Shown here: in pieces, positions 9,704 through 20,900 of the stretch
Numbering within the stretch: position 1 is the first letter of the stretch
Layout of the letters: each line of letters starts with the position of its first letter
Assembly (NCBI GenBank): GCA_963755915.1
Contig: CAVWLP010000002.1
Location: forward strand, 3,584,001 to 3,648,000
Direction: 5' to 3'
Source: an uncultured Phycisphaerales bacterium
Lineage (GTDB): Bacteria > Planctomycetota > Phycisphaerae > Tepidisphaerales > Tepidisphaeraceae
DNA length: 64,000 bases
Notes under the pieces: model-generated
The model's database searches: none
The model's input: the letters and a program-made list of their open reading frames with translations, nothing else
Told to the model about the DNA's origin: nothing
Position numbers and translations under genes: made by a program

Positions 9704-10461
9704 ATGTACGTACCCGATCCCAAGATTCTTGCGCTCCTGCGAAACGTTGACAGCATTGCCGTTCTCACTGGAGCGGGCGTATCGGCAGAAAGCGGCATTC
9801 CGACGTTCCGTGACGCCTTAACTGGTTTGTGGGCTAAATTCGACCCCGCGGATCTTGCCACGCCGGAAGCATTTGCGCGTGATCCCGCGATGGTTAGTCG
9901 ATGGTACGACGAGCGGAGGGGTAACATCGCCAAGTGTATTCCGAATGCAGGACACATCGCACTTGTCGAGCTTCAGCGCCGCATCCTTGCAGCAGGAAAG
10001 CGTTTTACGCTCATCACTCAGAATGTGGATCGGCTCCACCAAGCGGCGGGTTCAACCGACGTGATTGAGTTGCATGGGACACTATGGACCTGGCGATGTA
10101 TGGATTGTGGCGTTGAAACCGAGGAGCGTGGTCCCGCGTTCGACGTATACCCACCTCGCTGTATCTGTGGCGGCCCACGACGCCCAGCGGTGGTCTGGTT
10201 TGGTGAGGAACTTCCCAAACATGAACACTTGAAAGCCCAGGCGCAGCCGGTTCGTGCCGGCTGTTTATTTCTCTCGGTACAAGCGCCGTTGTTCATCCGG
10301 CCGCTGGATTGATTGATTTGGCATTAAGAAATGGTGCTCAGCTTTTGGAAGTAAATCCTCAGGAAACACCGTACAGTCGCGGATCGCATTGGTCCATTCG
10401 AGGGCCAAGTGGCGAGATGCTGCCGCGTTTGATGGACGCGGTGTTCGCAAGCGAGAAATAG
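9704..10461 (+). CDS. cobB: NAD-dependent protein deacylase, sirtuin class III (frameshift near 10250)
   Basis: GAGVSAESGIPTFR, WYDERR, TQNVDRLH, ELHG, CxxC..CxC, RPAVVWFGE. The C-terminus GTSAVVHPAAGL..EVNP continues in another frame to TAG at 10461. Confidence 0.88.
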
Positions 10462-10529
10462 AAGCTTCTACGCGGCTCACAAAAAGGCGGTGGAATCACG
10501 GCGACGATGCCTTTGGCAGTGACTAGGCG

Positions 10530-10949
10530 TCACGATGCACGGTTCGTCTCGTTCGGCGCGGGTTTGGGGAAATGGGTTGCGAGCAATTTGCCGGCTTGTT
10601 GAATGGTGGTGATGATCCCTTGCATCGCGTGATTGGATTTGAAATGGGTGGCCATTTCGGTGGCGAGGGATTGCCAAGTGGGATCGCCGATGCGGGTATG
10701 GATTTTTTCGTCGCCGAGGATGGCGAAGGTTTGGGATTTGGGGGCGACAAAAATCAAGATCGCGTTGCCGTGTGGGTGGTGGTGCATGCGCAGTTTTTCG
10801 AAGTGCTTTTTACCGGCAGCGAGGGGATCGGGGGCGGGGGCGTGGGAGATGAAGACGCGGATCTGGCCGGTGGTGTCGCGCTCCGCATGGTGAATAGCTT
10901 GCACGATCTGATCGTGCTGCAGGCGGGTTATGAAATCATCTGGGTTCAT
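10530..10949 (-). CDS. TPM domain protein (short type)
   Basis: MNPDDF start; AIHHAERDTTGQIRV, NAILIFVAP, FAILGDEKIH; third gene of a LemA operon. Confidence 0.8.
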   Translation of the reverse strand: MNPDDFITRLQHDQIVQAIHHAERDTTGQIRVFISHAPAPDPLAAGKKHFEKLRMHHHPHGNAILIFVAPKSQTFAILGDEKIHTRIGDPTWQSLATEMATHFKSNHAMQGIITTIQQAGKLLATHFPKPAPNETNRAS

Positions 10950-10953
10950 GAGG

Positions 10954-11769
10954 TTACCAACTTCCTCCGGCTCCGCCGCCGCCGAAACTTCCGCCACCAC
11001 CGGAGAAACCACCACCGCCGCCAAAAAATCCACCACCAGAGGAACCGCTGGAGAAACCGCCACGGCCTGAGTAACTGCCTCCGCTGCTATTGGCGAACAT
11101 GGCGTAGAGGAGCCAATACCACATGCCGTGGTCGTAGCCGCGGCTGCTGTAGGTGGCATAGGCGTGCGCGCTGGCAATCCAGCGGATGATCACGGCAAGA
11201 ATGATGAGGGAAATGATCACAATGAAGAAGACGCCAGCGGAGTTGTCGTCTTTGGATTCCTGGACGGTTGAGCCGTTGCCTTTGTATTCGCCTTTGGTGG
11301 CGGCGAGGATGGCATTGACGCCGGCGGTGAGGCCGGCGTCGTAATCGCCCTGCTTGAAACAGGGAGTGATTTCGGTATCGATGATTTGCTTGCACAGGGC
11401 ATCGGGGAGTGCGCCTTCCAGCCCGTAGCCTACCTGAATGTAAAGCTTGTGGTCCTGAATGAAGATGAACAGGGCAGCGCCGTTGTTCTTGAGTCTTTGG
11501 CCAACTTTCCAGGATTCGGCGACGCGAACGGTGTAGTCTTCGATGGAGGAGTCGGACTGCATTTTAGGGTAGATAACGACGACGATCTGGTTGGACGTCT
11601 CGCGCTCGAATTGTTTGAGCTTTTGATCGAGCTGCTGGGCCGTGCTGGCGGAAACGACATTTGCGTAATCATTGAAATAGCCGGCGGGAGGCGGCGGGAT
11701 AACCTCGCTGGCGCGGACGGCGCAGGCGAGAAACAGGACAGAGCTGAAAATTAGATGCGATAGTTTCAC
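10954..11769 (-). CDS. TPM domain (YgcG-like) membrane protein
   Basis: Signal peptide, NDYANV, IQVGYGLEGALPD, TM helix and Gly-rich GGGSFGGGGAGGSW tail. Confidence 0.88.
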   Translation of the reverse strand: MKLSHLIFSSVLFLACAVRASEVIPPPPAGYFNDYANVVSASTAQQLDQKLKQFERETSNQIVVVIYPKMQSDSSIEDYTVRVAESWKVGQRLKNNGAALFIFIQDHKLYIQVGYGLEGALPDALCKQIIDTEITPCFKQGDYDAGLTAGVNAILAATKGEYKGNGSTVQESKDDNSAGVFFIVIISLIILAVIIRWIASAHAYATYSSRGYDHGMWYWLLYAMFANSSGGSYSGRGGFSSGSSGGGFFGGGGGFSGGGGSFGGGGAGGSW

Positions 11770-12398
11770 TATGGAGTCGTAGAGGACGGGTTATTGAAGT
11801 TGAACTGCACTTGCGGCGGAGTCTGTGCGGCGGTGTTGGCGGCGAAATAAGGTTTGGAGGTGAAACCCATGGCGCCGGAATAGAGGAGGGCCGGAAAGGT
11901 GCGGATGGCGGTGTTGTATTGCTGGACGGCATCGTTGAATCGCCCGCGCTCGACGGCGATGCGGTTTTCGGTGCCTTCGAGCTGGGCTTGCAGATCTGCG
12001 AAATTCTGGGTGGCGTGGAGCTGCGGATAATTTTCAGCCACGGCGAGGACTCTCACGACGGCGGCGCCGAATTTTTCCTGTGCTTGCTGGAATTGCGCGA
12101 GTTTGGCGGGATCGGTGGGGGCGTTATTGGGGTCGATTCCCGTATTCTCGGCTTCAGCGCGGGCTTTGGTGACGTCTTCGAGCGTGGTTTTTTCGAAGGT
12201 GGCGGCACCCTGGACCGTTTGGACGAGGTTGGGAATGAGATCCATCCGGCGCTGGTAAACGTTTTGAACCTGGGCCCACTGACTATCGACGGCCTGGGAG
12301 AGGCGAGTGAGGTGGTTGTATCCGCCTATGACGGTTAGCAGGAGGATAATGGTGAAGAGTACGACGGCGCCTAAACATCCCAATACTGCCCTTTTCAT
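11769..12398 (-). CDS. lemA: LemA family protein
   Basis: N-terminal TM, WAQVQNVYQRRMDLIPNLV, ENYPQL, LEGTENRIAVER. Confidence 0.92.
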   Translation of the reverse strand: MKRAVLGCLGAVVLFTIILLLTVIGGYNHLTRLSQAVDSQWAQVQNVYQRRMDLIPNLVQTVQGAATFEKTTLEDVTKARAEAENTGIDPNNAPTDPAKLAQFQQAQEKFGAAVVRVLAVAENYPQLHATQNFADLQAQLEGTENRIAVERGRFNDAVQQYNTAIRTFPALLYSGAMGFTSKPYFAANTAAQTPPQVQFNFNNPSSTTP

Positions 12399-12530
12399 GG
12401 TGAGATCCCTTCGACGAAGGGCCGAGTACGAACCAGAAATCCGCGACCCTCCGCAATTGAGCCGCGGGCGAATTCATTACAAGTCCATGTGATAACCGCA
12501 ATGGCCGAGTGTGACAATGCGGAACGTTTA

Positions 12531-12745
12531 GTGCGCCGGGAAGACCGACAAGGAGTACCGAATGAAACAGTCGCACGATGAAGGCTCCGCCAGCTACATC
12601 GACCCCGAGTCATGCGTCGGCGATCGCAAGGCCGCCGGCGAAGCGTTGACAGGGGTACATGCGGGCCGGGGTAGTGAGCTGCGAAATAACTTTTTCCTCA
12701 GCGATGCCGACGCCGTTGAGCGAAGTGGAAGCCAAGATCGACGAT
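12531..12745 (+). mobile_element. Group II intron 5' remnant (domain I start only)
   Basis: Begins GTGCGCCGGGAA (GUGYG consensus). It contains CCCCGAGTCATGCG...GGCGAAGCGTTGACAGGGGTAC.TGCGGGCC, which I recognise from bacterial group II intron 5' regions. No IEP or domain V follows. Confidence 0.65.
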
Positions 12746-12900
12746 GGCGCCAACCGCCAACTCGCCGACCAAAGAACTCAGTCAGGACACAAAATTCCTA
12801 GCTAGCCACTGATCTGAATCGCGGGCGGCACAAGCCCCAAAAGAACAATTAAAGAACGGCATTCCACTAATCGCGTGGCCCTGTCAGCGATTTTCAACGC

Positions 12901-13105
12901 TGAGCCTGGTACCGATATCTAAAAAATGTTTTTTAGATATGGACAGCGAATTAATACCGCGTTGCAATGGTGCGGAATCTGAGACGGCCCTTATAAGGGC
13001 CGTCAGAATGAAGCCAGAGTGGTTAGGGAGTGGGAAAGACCGTTAGGATGCGTTGGCGGCTTTGGCGCGTCTGGCTTCGTCTGACTGGAAAGCACGAGCG
13101 GTGCC
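12901..13105 (+). repeat. Copy 2 of the ~200 bp dispersed element
   Basis: ATATCTAAAAAA-tg-TTTTTTAGATAT (12915-12940), hairpin GACGGCCCTTATAAGGGCCGTC, long stem GTCAGAATGAAGCCAGA/TCTGGCTTCGTCTGAC, and GGAAAGCACGAGCGGTGCC. Confidence 0.75.
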
Positions 13106-13133
13106 TTGAAGTGCGCGATGACGACTGTCAGGT

Positions 13134-13316
13134 GTGCATTCAGCCTATCTGACCCAGCGGGAACTGGACAGGATGCCGGGAATCCACCAAACGATGGTTC
13201 ACAATCCAGAAACTGCCAAGCGAAGGATGGACGGGGCGGAGATTATTGAGTGGGCGACGGCGTGCGGGCTGGATCCGGAGGACGCGTTTGGGGAGTTTCT
13301 AAAACGGCGGCGATAA
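13134..13316 (+). pseudogene. XRE-family helix-turn-helix regulator, degenerate or 5'-truncated
   Basis: LTQREL..GIHQTMVHNPETAKRRMDGAEIIEWATACG resembles an XRE HTH with decayed conserved positions. Confidence 0.6.
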
Positions 13317-13381
13317 CCGCCGAAATCTGATGGCGGCAAGTGTCGGTTCGAATTTGGGAAAAATAAAAAATGGGAGGCAAG

Positions 13382-14851
13382 TCACGCTTTGGGCAATATT
13401 GTCCGGGACTTCCGCGTCTTAGAGCTGGGATTTTTCGGGTTTTCACTCGAAAGGCTGCGTTGCCTCGATGGGCAACGGCGTGGAAGGTTCAGCGCTGCTC
13501 CTGCAGCGCATGCCGCGGCGTTCACCGGCGGCCGGACAACAAAAACCCCCGGTGACTTACTTGACGATTTTTCAGCCTTCTTCCGTGCCACACGCTGACG
13601 CTGCAGCTCGCATTCCCGTTCTCGGCGCTGCAGGATGGGAATAATCTCTTGCAACGTGGCCCCTCCCGCGGCGACCAGGCTCAGCATCGCGTAGGCATAT
13701 TTGCTCACCGGACGCTGCGTGTGCAGATAGATCAACAGCACCCCGATGACCGCGATGTAGAACCCGGTGGTGACGCCGTTTTTGCTGTGGCTGGTGAGAT
13801 GGCGGAAGTGGGCGTGCACTTTCAGCCAGCGGAAAAACAGCTCGATCTTCCATCGCCAGCGGTAGAGCAGACCGATGACATGGGCGGGAATGTTAAGAAG
13901 ATTGGTCAGCAGCCGCAGGGGCCTGTCGGGTTTGTCCGGGTCGAAGATCGTCACTTCCCGAAGCCATTTTCCCGCCGGAGGAGCAAAGCGTGGCCCTTCT
14001 GAGCCCAGGTATCCGATCCGGTCGCTGAGAATGCCGGCAGCGCGGTCTTCATCGCTCAGCGGCAGGGACTTGGGGGTCAAGTCATTGTTTTCGATGGGAA
14101 TGAAATAGTTGTTTGACTTGAGCCGGAGCACAAAATCGCTGCAGGCATGTACGATCCGCTCCAGCAGCTCGAAACAGACGTAGCCGCGGTCCATGACGTA
14201 AATCTGTCCCGGCTCCAGGGACTGCATCAGCGCCTGCGCCTCGGAGCATCCCGCGCCGCTGATCGTCACTCCCTCGGGAACCCCCACGCCCGCCGCCCAT
14301 TGAAGATTCAGGCGAATCGTGTCCATGGGCTTTCCGTTGGGTCGACTTTGATGCAGCGCCCAGGCCACGTCGGCGGCAACGGTGAACAGCGACCCATCCA
14401 CCACCCGTACCCGCTCGGTCAACTCCGCCAGCTTCGGATCGCCGTGACGCAGGTGCGGCAGCCGCGCCCGCAACTCCTCGATGATCGGCTCCAGCAGCGT
14501 CGGATCGAACAGGGCGTTGGCATCGGAAAGCGTGGAACGCGGCAGGCGATCGACCGAAAGCTGCTCCTGCATCTGCTCGGTCTGGCTGAAATCCTCCATC
14601 GTCCGCAGGCTGCGAATCGCCGGCGTGAAAAACGCCAGCAGATAGGCAAGGGTCACATCGTCATAAAAAAGCGTGCGATTGGGGTGGGGATGCGCCGCCC
14701 GCAGGCGGGCCAGATGATCCTGCAAAATACCGACGTACTTGCCGCCGAACAAATCCTCCCCCCGCACCGCCGGCCGCGGCTTTCGTCCCGGCTTGGCGGG
14801 CAATCCAGAAGCTGGGCAAAGGTCCGCGTGCACGTGGCGGCAGTGAACCAC
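13382..14851 (-). CDS. IS4-family DDE transposase
   Basis: VDGS, MDRGY and YRWRWKIELFFRWLK (YREK motif). The ORF runs past the IR, and one extra A near 13570 would restore a stop near 13558. Confidence 0.92.
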   Translation of the reverse strand: MVHCRHVHADLCPASGLPAKPGRKPRPAVRGEDLFGGKYVGILQDHLARLRAAHPHPNRTLFYDDVTLAYLLAFFTPAIRSLRTMEDFSQTEQMQEQLSVDRLPRSTLSDANALFDPTLLEPIIEELRARLPHLRHGDPKLAELTERVRVVDGSLFTVAADVAWALHQSRPNGKPMDTIRLNLQWAAGVGVPEGVTISGAGCSEAQALMQSLEPGQIYVMDRGYVCFELLERIVHACSDFVLRLKSNNYFIPIENNDLTPKSLPLSDEDRAAGILSDRIGYLGSEGPRFAPPAGKWLREVTIFDPDKPDRPLRLLTNLLNIPAHVIGLLYRWRWKIELFFRWLKVHAHFRHLTSHSKNGVTTGFYIAVIGVLLIYLHTQRPVSKYAYAMLSLVAAGGATLQEIIPILQRRERECELQRQRVARKKAEKSSSKSPGVFVVRPPVNAAACAAGAALNLPRRCPSRQRSLSSENPKNPSSKTRKSRTILPKA

Positions 14852-14916
14852 AAAACGCTGCTTCGCGCAAGGCGCAAGATTGTGTCATTGGTGAGCCTGC
14901 GTTCCGGACACTATTG
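13394..14916 (-). mobile_element. Complete IS4-family insertion sequence with 9-bp target-site duplication
   Basis: Terminal IRs CAATATTGTCCGGGA and CAATAGTGTCCGGAA (13/15 match). The direct repeat CGCTTTGGG is at 13385-13393 and 14917-14925. Confidence 0.9.
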
Positions 14917-14958
14917 CGCTTTGGGCCTGAAATTCTCGGAACTGCTTGCGAGCGCGGA

Positions 14959-17900
14959 TTAGAAACGCATTCGCGCTTTGGTTTTCGGTTTGGACTTAAG
15001 GATTTTGTCGGTTGGGGTTGTCGCGTCGGAGGTTGAGCCGACTGTGGTCGTCGAGACCACCGCCGGCGCCGCAGGGGCTTCGACGACATCGGTGGCGGGA
15101 AGGGACATGCCCTGGCCGAAGTTGGCGGATAGCGCCGAGAAGTCTGAGCCGTTGACGGCCGGAGTGAAGAGGAAATTGCCCTGGTCCCAATTCGTATAGC
15201 CGAGCCCGAAATTGCCTGCAAGGATGCTGAAGTCTGAGCCATTTACCGTGCCGTCGAGATTGGCGTCGCCCAGAAGGGTGTATCTGATTTCGATCTGTCC
15301 GGAGGAGAGTCCGGCAACGACTCCGTCTTTTCCGTCGGCGAAGCCGAGGGCGTATTTTAAGCCGTTTGTCGCAGTCTGGGCAGCCGTGGAGATGATTCCG
15401 GGGCCGTTCCAGTTCCCGTTGTTGTAGCCGGACTGAAGGTAGGTGTAGATGATTGGCATGGGGTCGGCGCCGGAGCCGTAGGTGATGAACATTTCGTTGT
15501 CGGTGAGGTCGAGGGCGCCGCCGTTGATGGTGAGACTATCGAGGAGCAATTGGGTTTGAGAGGCAGAGTTGACCGGGACGGCGGCAAGGGCGCCGGAGGC
15601 GATATTGAGGGCGCCCAGTGAGATCGTGGCGGCGCCGGCGAAATTGAGCGTGCCGGCATTGACGTTGATCGTTGAGGTTTGGGCAGCGGTGAAGGTGATC
15701 GGGGTGGTGATGCCGCCGTTGAAATCAAGGGTGTCGCCTGAGCCGGAATCGGTGACGACGATGGTGGTGATTCCGGTGAATGTGCTTTGTACGCCGCCCT
15801 GGGTTGCTGTGATTGTGCCGCTGCTGCCGCTGATGGAGACGGGGCCGTTGGGGTTGAGGGCAATGTTTAGCGTCGAACCGGATTGAGTCGCGAACGGGGC
15901 GATGACGACGACGGGGACGGAGCTTGTGGCGGTCAGGCCGCCGGAGTCGGTGACGGTAACGGTGAGAGTGTAGGCGCCGGGCTGGGTGAAGTTGGCGCTG
16001 ATGTTCTGCGCGACGTTTGTGCCGTTGGTGTTGCCGGTGAAGGTGACGACGGTGGGGCCGGTCCAGGTCCAGGTGTAGGTGAGGTTGGACGCGCCGCCGT
16101 CGTCGACCGCGGGGACGGAGAGGGCGACGGGGGTTCCGACGGTAACGGTGGAGGCGCTGGCGGACGCGCCGGTGGAATTGGCGATCAAGGGAGGCTGGTT
16201 TGTGGTGGTAAGGGTTGTGGTTCCGCTGATGGACCCGGAGGCGGCGCGGACCGTGGCGGTTGCGCTGGCGGCGGGCGAAGTATATACGCCTGTCGTGCTG
16301 TTTACAGTTCCGCTGCCACTTGCAATCGACCACGAGAATGAGGCCGGCTGGTTGGCCATGGGGATGCCGAATTGATCGAGCGCTATCGCAGTGAGTTGGT
16401 CGGCGGTGTTGGGCCCGACGCTCGTCGATGCCGGGGTGACGGCAATGCTGGAGAGCGTTTGATTCACGGCGACCGTCACCGTGCTGATGGTCTGAAAGCC
16501 GTTGGGGTCTGAAATGACGACCTGGAAAAGATAGGTTCCGGCGGTCGCGAAACTGACGGTAGTGCTGGCGGCGGAGTTGGTGCCGTTGGCGCTAAAGGTG
16601 ACGGGGTCGGGCGGCTCGCCGAGGAGGGACCAGGTAAAGATGAGGTTCGATGCACCTTCGACGGAGTCGGTGGCGGTGGCGCTGAGGATTGTGTAGGTCG
16701 AGGTGACGGGGTTTGCGGAGGAGGCGGCCGCCTTGGTCAGCGCGGGTGGCGCGATCGTGGCTGCGGTGAAGGTGCTGGTCACGTTGTTGAATGTGGCGGT
16801 GGCGGAGGTTCCGCTGTCGTGGGAGGTTAGCGCGACGCCGGCGAAGAAATCGGAGTTCATCGTCACGCTGTGGGCGGAACCAATTTGCGTCCAGGTTGTG
16901 TCGTTGGAGGAGTAGAAGGCGGTGAAGCTATTGCTCGAATCGACCAGGCGGATCCAGTAAGGGGCGGTGAGGGAGGAGACGACGGTTTGCGAGGTGCTGC
17001 CGCCGGTGGTGGTGCGCCATTGGAGATCGATTCCCTCGCCGGGTGTGACGAAAAGCGCGACGTTTGCGCTGTTGGACGCAAGGGTGTTGCGGAGCATGAT
17101 GCCCGCCTTGGTCCAGGCGTTGGTGTTGGAGATGGAATCGACTTCAAGGGTGAGGGTGCCGGAGCCGGTTACTTCGTTGTATCCGTACTGTAATTGATCG
17201 GTGGTTCCCCAGATGTCGCTGCCGCCGGCGGTGAGGGTGATCGTGCCGCTGGATTCCGTGTAGGTTCCAAGGGGCGTGGGCTGGCCGATGTCTTCGTTGG
17301 CGGCGAAGGTGCGCGTGGCGGAGGCGGGAGTTACCGAGACGTTGGTGAAGGCGGCGGTGGCAAGGGAGCCGGCGTTGTGGCGCAGACGGCCAGGCCGACG
17401 TAGATCGTCGAGGCCATGGGGATGGTGACCGGAGTGCCGTACTGCGTCCAGGTTGAGCCGTTGGTAGAGATGTAGGCGGTGAAGGTGTTTCCGCTGCGCG
17501 TGAGCTGAAGCCATTGGGGTGCGGCGGTGCCTGAGTCGGTGGTTTGAATGTTCTGGTTGGCGCTGGCGCCGTCTCCGCTGCGGTATTGGAAGGCGGTGCC
17601 TTCGGTGGTGGTGGGTGTGGCGATGAGGAAGGCGTAAGCGCCGTCAGCGGCGAGGGAGTCGCGGAACATGACGCCGGCCTTGGTCCATTCGTTGGTGTCG
17701 GTGATTGAAGCAACGTAGGCGGTGATCGTGCCGTTGCCGGTGAGGGTTTCGTAGAGGTATTGGAACTGGTCGCTGGTGCCGTAGACGTCTGCGCCGGATC
17801 CGGAGACGCTGTAGGTTGATGTTGCGGAGTTAAACAAGGCGGAGCCGGTGGGAGAGGAAACGCCGATGTCTTGTGTGGCGGCGAAAATTCCGATGGCGGC

Positions 17901-20900
17901 GGGGATGGTGAGGGTGATCTGCCCGGTGAAACCGCCGACGGAGGCATCGACAACGGCCGAGCCGGAGCCGGACACGGGGGCGGAGTAGACGCCGAAGGAG
18001 CTGACGCTTCCAACGCCCGAGCCGATCGACCAGGAGTAGCTTTCGGGGATTTCCATCGGCTCACCGAACTGGTCGTAGGCGCTGGCGACGAGGGCCAGAG
18101 ATGCATCTGGAAAGACGATGTTTCCGACGCCGGCGGTTTGCGTAAAGATGCTGACTCCGGACAGCTTTTGCTCGACGGTGACGGTGACGGTATTGCTGAG
18201 AGTAGCCATACCGGCGGAGTTGGTGATGACCGCCTGGAAGGTGTAGGTGCCGGCGACAGAGAAGTTGGCGGTGGTGTTTTGGGAGGCGTTGGTGGCGTTG
18301 GTTGAATAGGTGACAGCGTCGGGGGCGGCGCCGACGAGAATCCAGGTGTAGGCGTCGTTCGTATCGGAGCCGAGGACGCTGAGGTTTACCGCGGTTCCCG
18401 TCGTGAGGGTTCCAGAAGCGGTGGCGGCGTTGACGATTGAAGGCGCGTTGCCGAGGGAGACGTTGGAGAAGATTGCGGTGGAAGTCGTGGAATTGGTCGC
18501 GGAGGTGACGGCAACGCCGAATTCGGCGGAGCTTGGGTTCGCCTGGAAGGTGAGGGTTTGCGTGGTTCCGATCTGCGTCCAGTGAATGCCGTCGGTGCTG
18601 TAATAGCCGGAGACGTTGTTTCCGGATCGGGAGATTTGGACCCAGATGTCGGTGAGTGGCAGAGCAACGGTGACCCACGATGCGCCCGCGCCGGCGGAGG
18701 TGCGCCACTCAAACATGACGCCATTGCCTGTGGTTCGGACGACCTCGGCGAAGGCGGCGTTGGCGGCGGCGCCGTCGCGGATCATCACGCCGGCCTGCGA
18801 GGAGCCATTGGCGGCGGACTGGGACAAAATCTCAGCAATGATGTTTCCGTTGCCGGACCAGGATGCCGGGACGAAGTGAAATTCGTCGGAGTTTCCACCG
18901 ATTCCAGAGCCGGAGGCGGTGACGGTGTAAACGCCGTTGGCATATTCATCCGAGCCTGTGATTCCGACGGCGCCGATGTCGGATCCTGGTCCGACGACGC
19001 CGGTTGGACTGGAGACATTCAATCGAATGACGGCTGATCCACCAGCGGCGACGTTGATGGTGGTGCCGTAGCTAAAGTAGTTGTCGTTGGTCAGGTCGTA
19101 GGCAAGGCCGACGCCCGGCGGCAGCGTGACCGTGACGGCGCTGGCGGACGGATTGCCGACGATGAGCCAGTTGCCGTAGCGGACGACCCACTCTCCGCCG
19201 AGGTTTGGGGAGGAGAGGTTGCCGTCCGACTGAACGGTGGCGGCGTCATAGGGCATGATGATCTGGGCGGCGTACTCGATGTTGTTCAGGGTGTCGTCGA
19301 TGCGGGCGATAAAGCTGGGGCCCATATCGACGAAGCTGCTGCCGTTGGTTTCGTAGTTGCGATAGTTGGCGTTGATGTAGAGTCGCTCGCCGTTGTAGTA
19401 GACGGCGACAGCGGCGTCCTGCGGATCGACAAAAGCGGAATTGGGCTGCCCCGGCTCGCCGGGAAGGGGGGTGAGGCTGGAGGGATTCACGCCGACAAGG
19501 CTGCGGATCGTGGCTTCGTAGTAGTCGAGGTCCTTGAGGTAGCTCAGGGACGAATCGTATTGCGAATTGTTATAGGTGGGTGTGACGTTGTACTGCGTCA
19601 TCAGATAGGCGGAGCGAAGTGCATAGGCGTTGTTGATGCCGCCGTTGGGCGCCGAGGCGATGTACTGAACATTGACGTCAAAACTGCCGGCGTCGGCGTT
19701 GGTATTGTACGGATCGCGGTAGGTGATGAAATCTTCCTGGGAGAGCGTGAAGACGTCTTCGGTGCCGTTAAAGTTCTGCTGGGGGGAGATGAATTCGTCG
19801 TAGCTGTCGATGGCGGCGTTGGCGCGGGCGGTGATTTCGGAAACCATCGTCTGATCCGAAGCGCTGGTGAGGCCCGGATCTGTCTGGGCGAGATTGGCGA
19901 GCACGGGATCGAGCCAGGAGAGCATTTCGCCGTAGCGGCCGTCGTAGCCGCTGGAGAGAACGCCGTGGGCTTCGCCCAGGCCGTCTGCTGTTTCGCCGTA
20001 ATTCACGGCGGAGGTTCCGGTGGCGATGCCTCGCAGGGTGTCGGGGGCGAAGCCCATCACCTGCTCGACATAATTGAGCCCGACATCGGGTGAAAGCGCG
20101 GGATAGGCGCTGTTGGGATAAAGGGCCTGGAGCTTTTCGAGCGCCACCTGGTCGGCATAGAGAGCGGTCATCTGGAAGGTGTTTTGCGATTCGACGCCGC
20201 CGGTGTGGACTTCGTAAAAGTTGATCGCGTTGTAGAGCATTTCCTCCCAGGCCGTGACGCGCTCGACGGATGTGGGCAAACCGGTGTTGTAGCCTTCATT
20301 AGTGAGGTTGGCGTCGTACGACTGGGTCAGATAGGACTCGAGTGTGGGCGCGGCGGTGGGGTCATCGAGGAGTTGAATGATGGTCCAGCCAAGGGTGTAA
20401 GTATCGACGCCCTGAAGATCGCCGCCGCCGTGAACGGTGGACTGGCGGGCGGTGGAACCCGCAAACGCGCCTGCGGTTCGCGGGGTGCTGGTGAGGCCGG
20501 TCCAGGCGCTGTTGGCGGCGGCGGAGTCGCCCTGCTGGATAAAGCCGCCGTCGCTGTCCTGCTCGTAACTCGCGCCGTCGATGGCGGCGACGATGTGCGC
20601 GATCAGCGTGGGATCGTGATAATCGTCCAGGCCGGAAACGACGGTTCCACTTGCGTTGGTGAAGGGGGGAGTGAAATACGCCGCGGACAAAACGCTGATA
20701 AGTTCGTCGGGGAAGGCGGTGTATCCCGGCCCGGCCTGGGTGCCGCCGATCTGCTGGTCCCACTGGGCGGCGGTGGCGCTCGGGTTGGCGCTCATCCAAC
20801 TGGCGATGTTGGTGAAGAGATCCAGGCCTGTCACTTCTTCGGGGGCGCCCGCGGGGGCCGTCCAGGTGTAGGTGTTGTTTGGGCCGTTGGCGGTGGAGCT

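Noticed and set aside
13337-13352. Alternative IS end CAAGTGTCGGTTCGAA
   Set aside because: It is a poorer IR match with no flanking duplication. The end at 13394 gives a 13/15 IR and a perfect 9-bp TSD.
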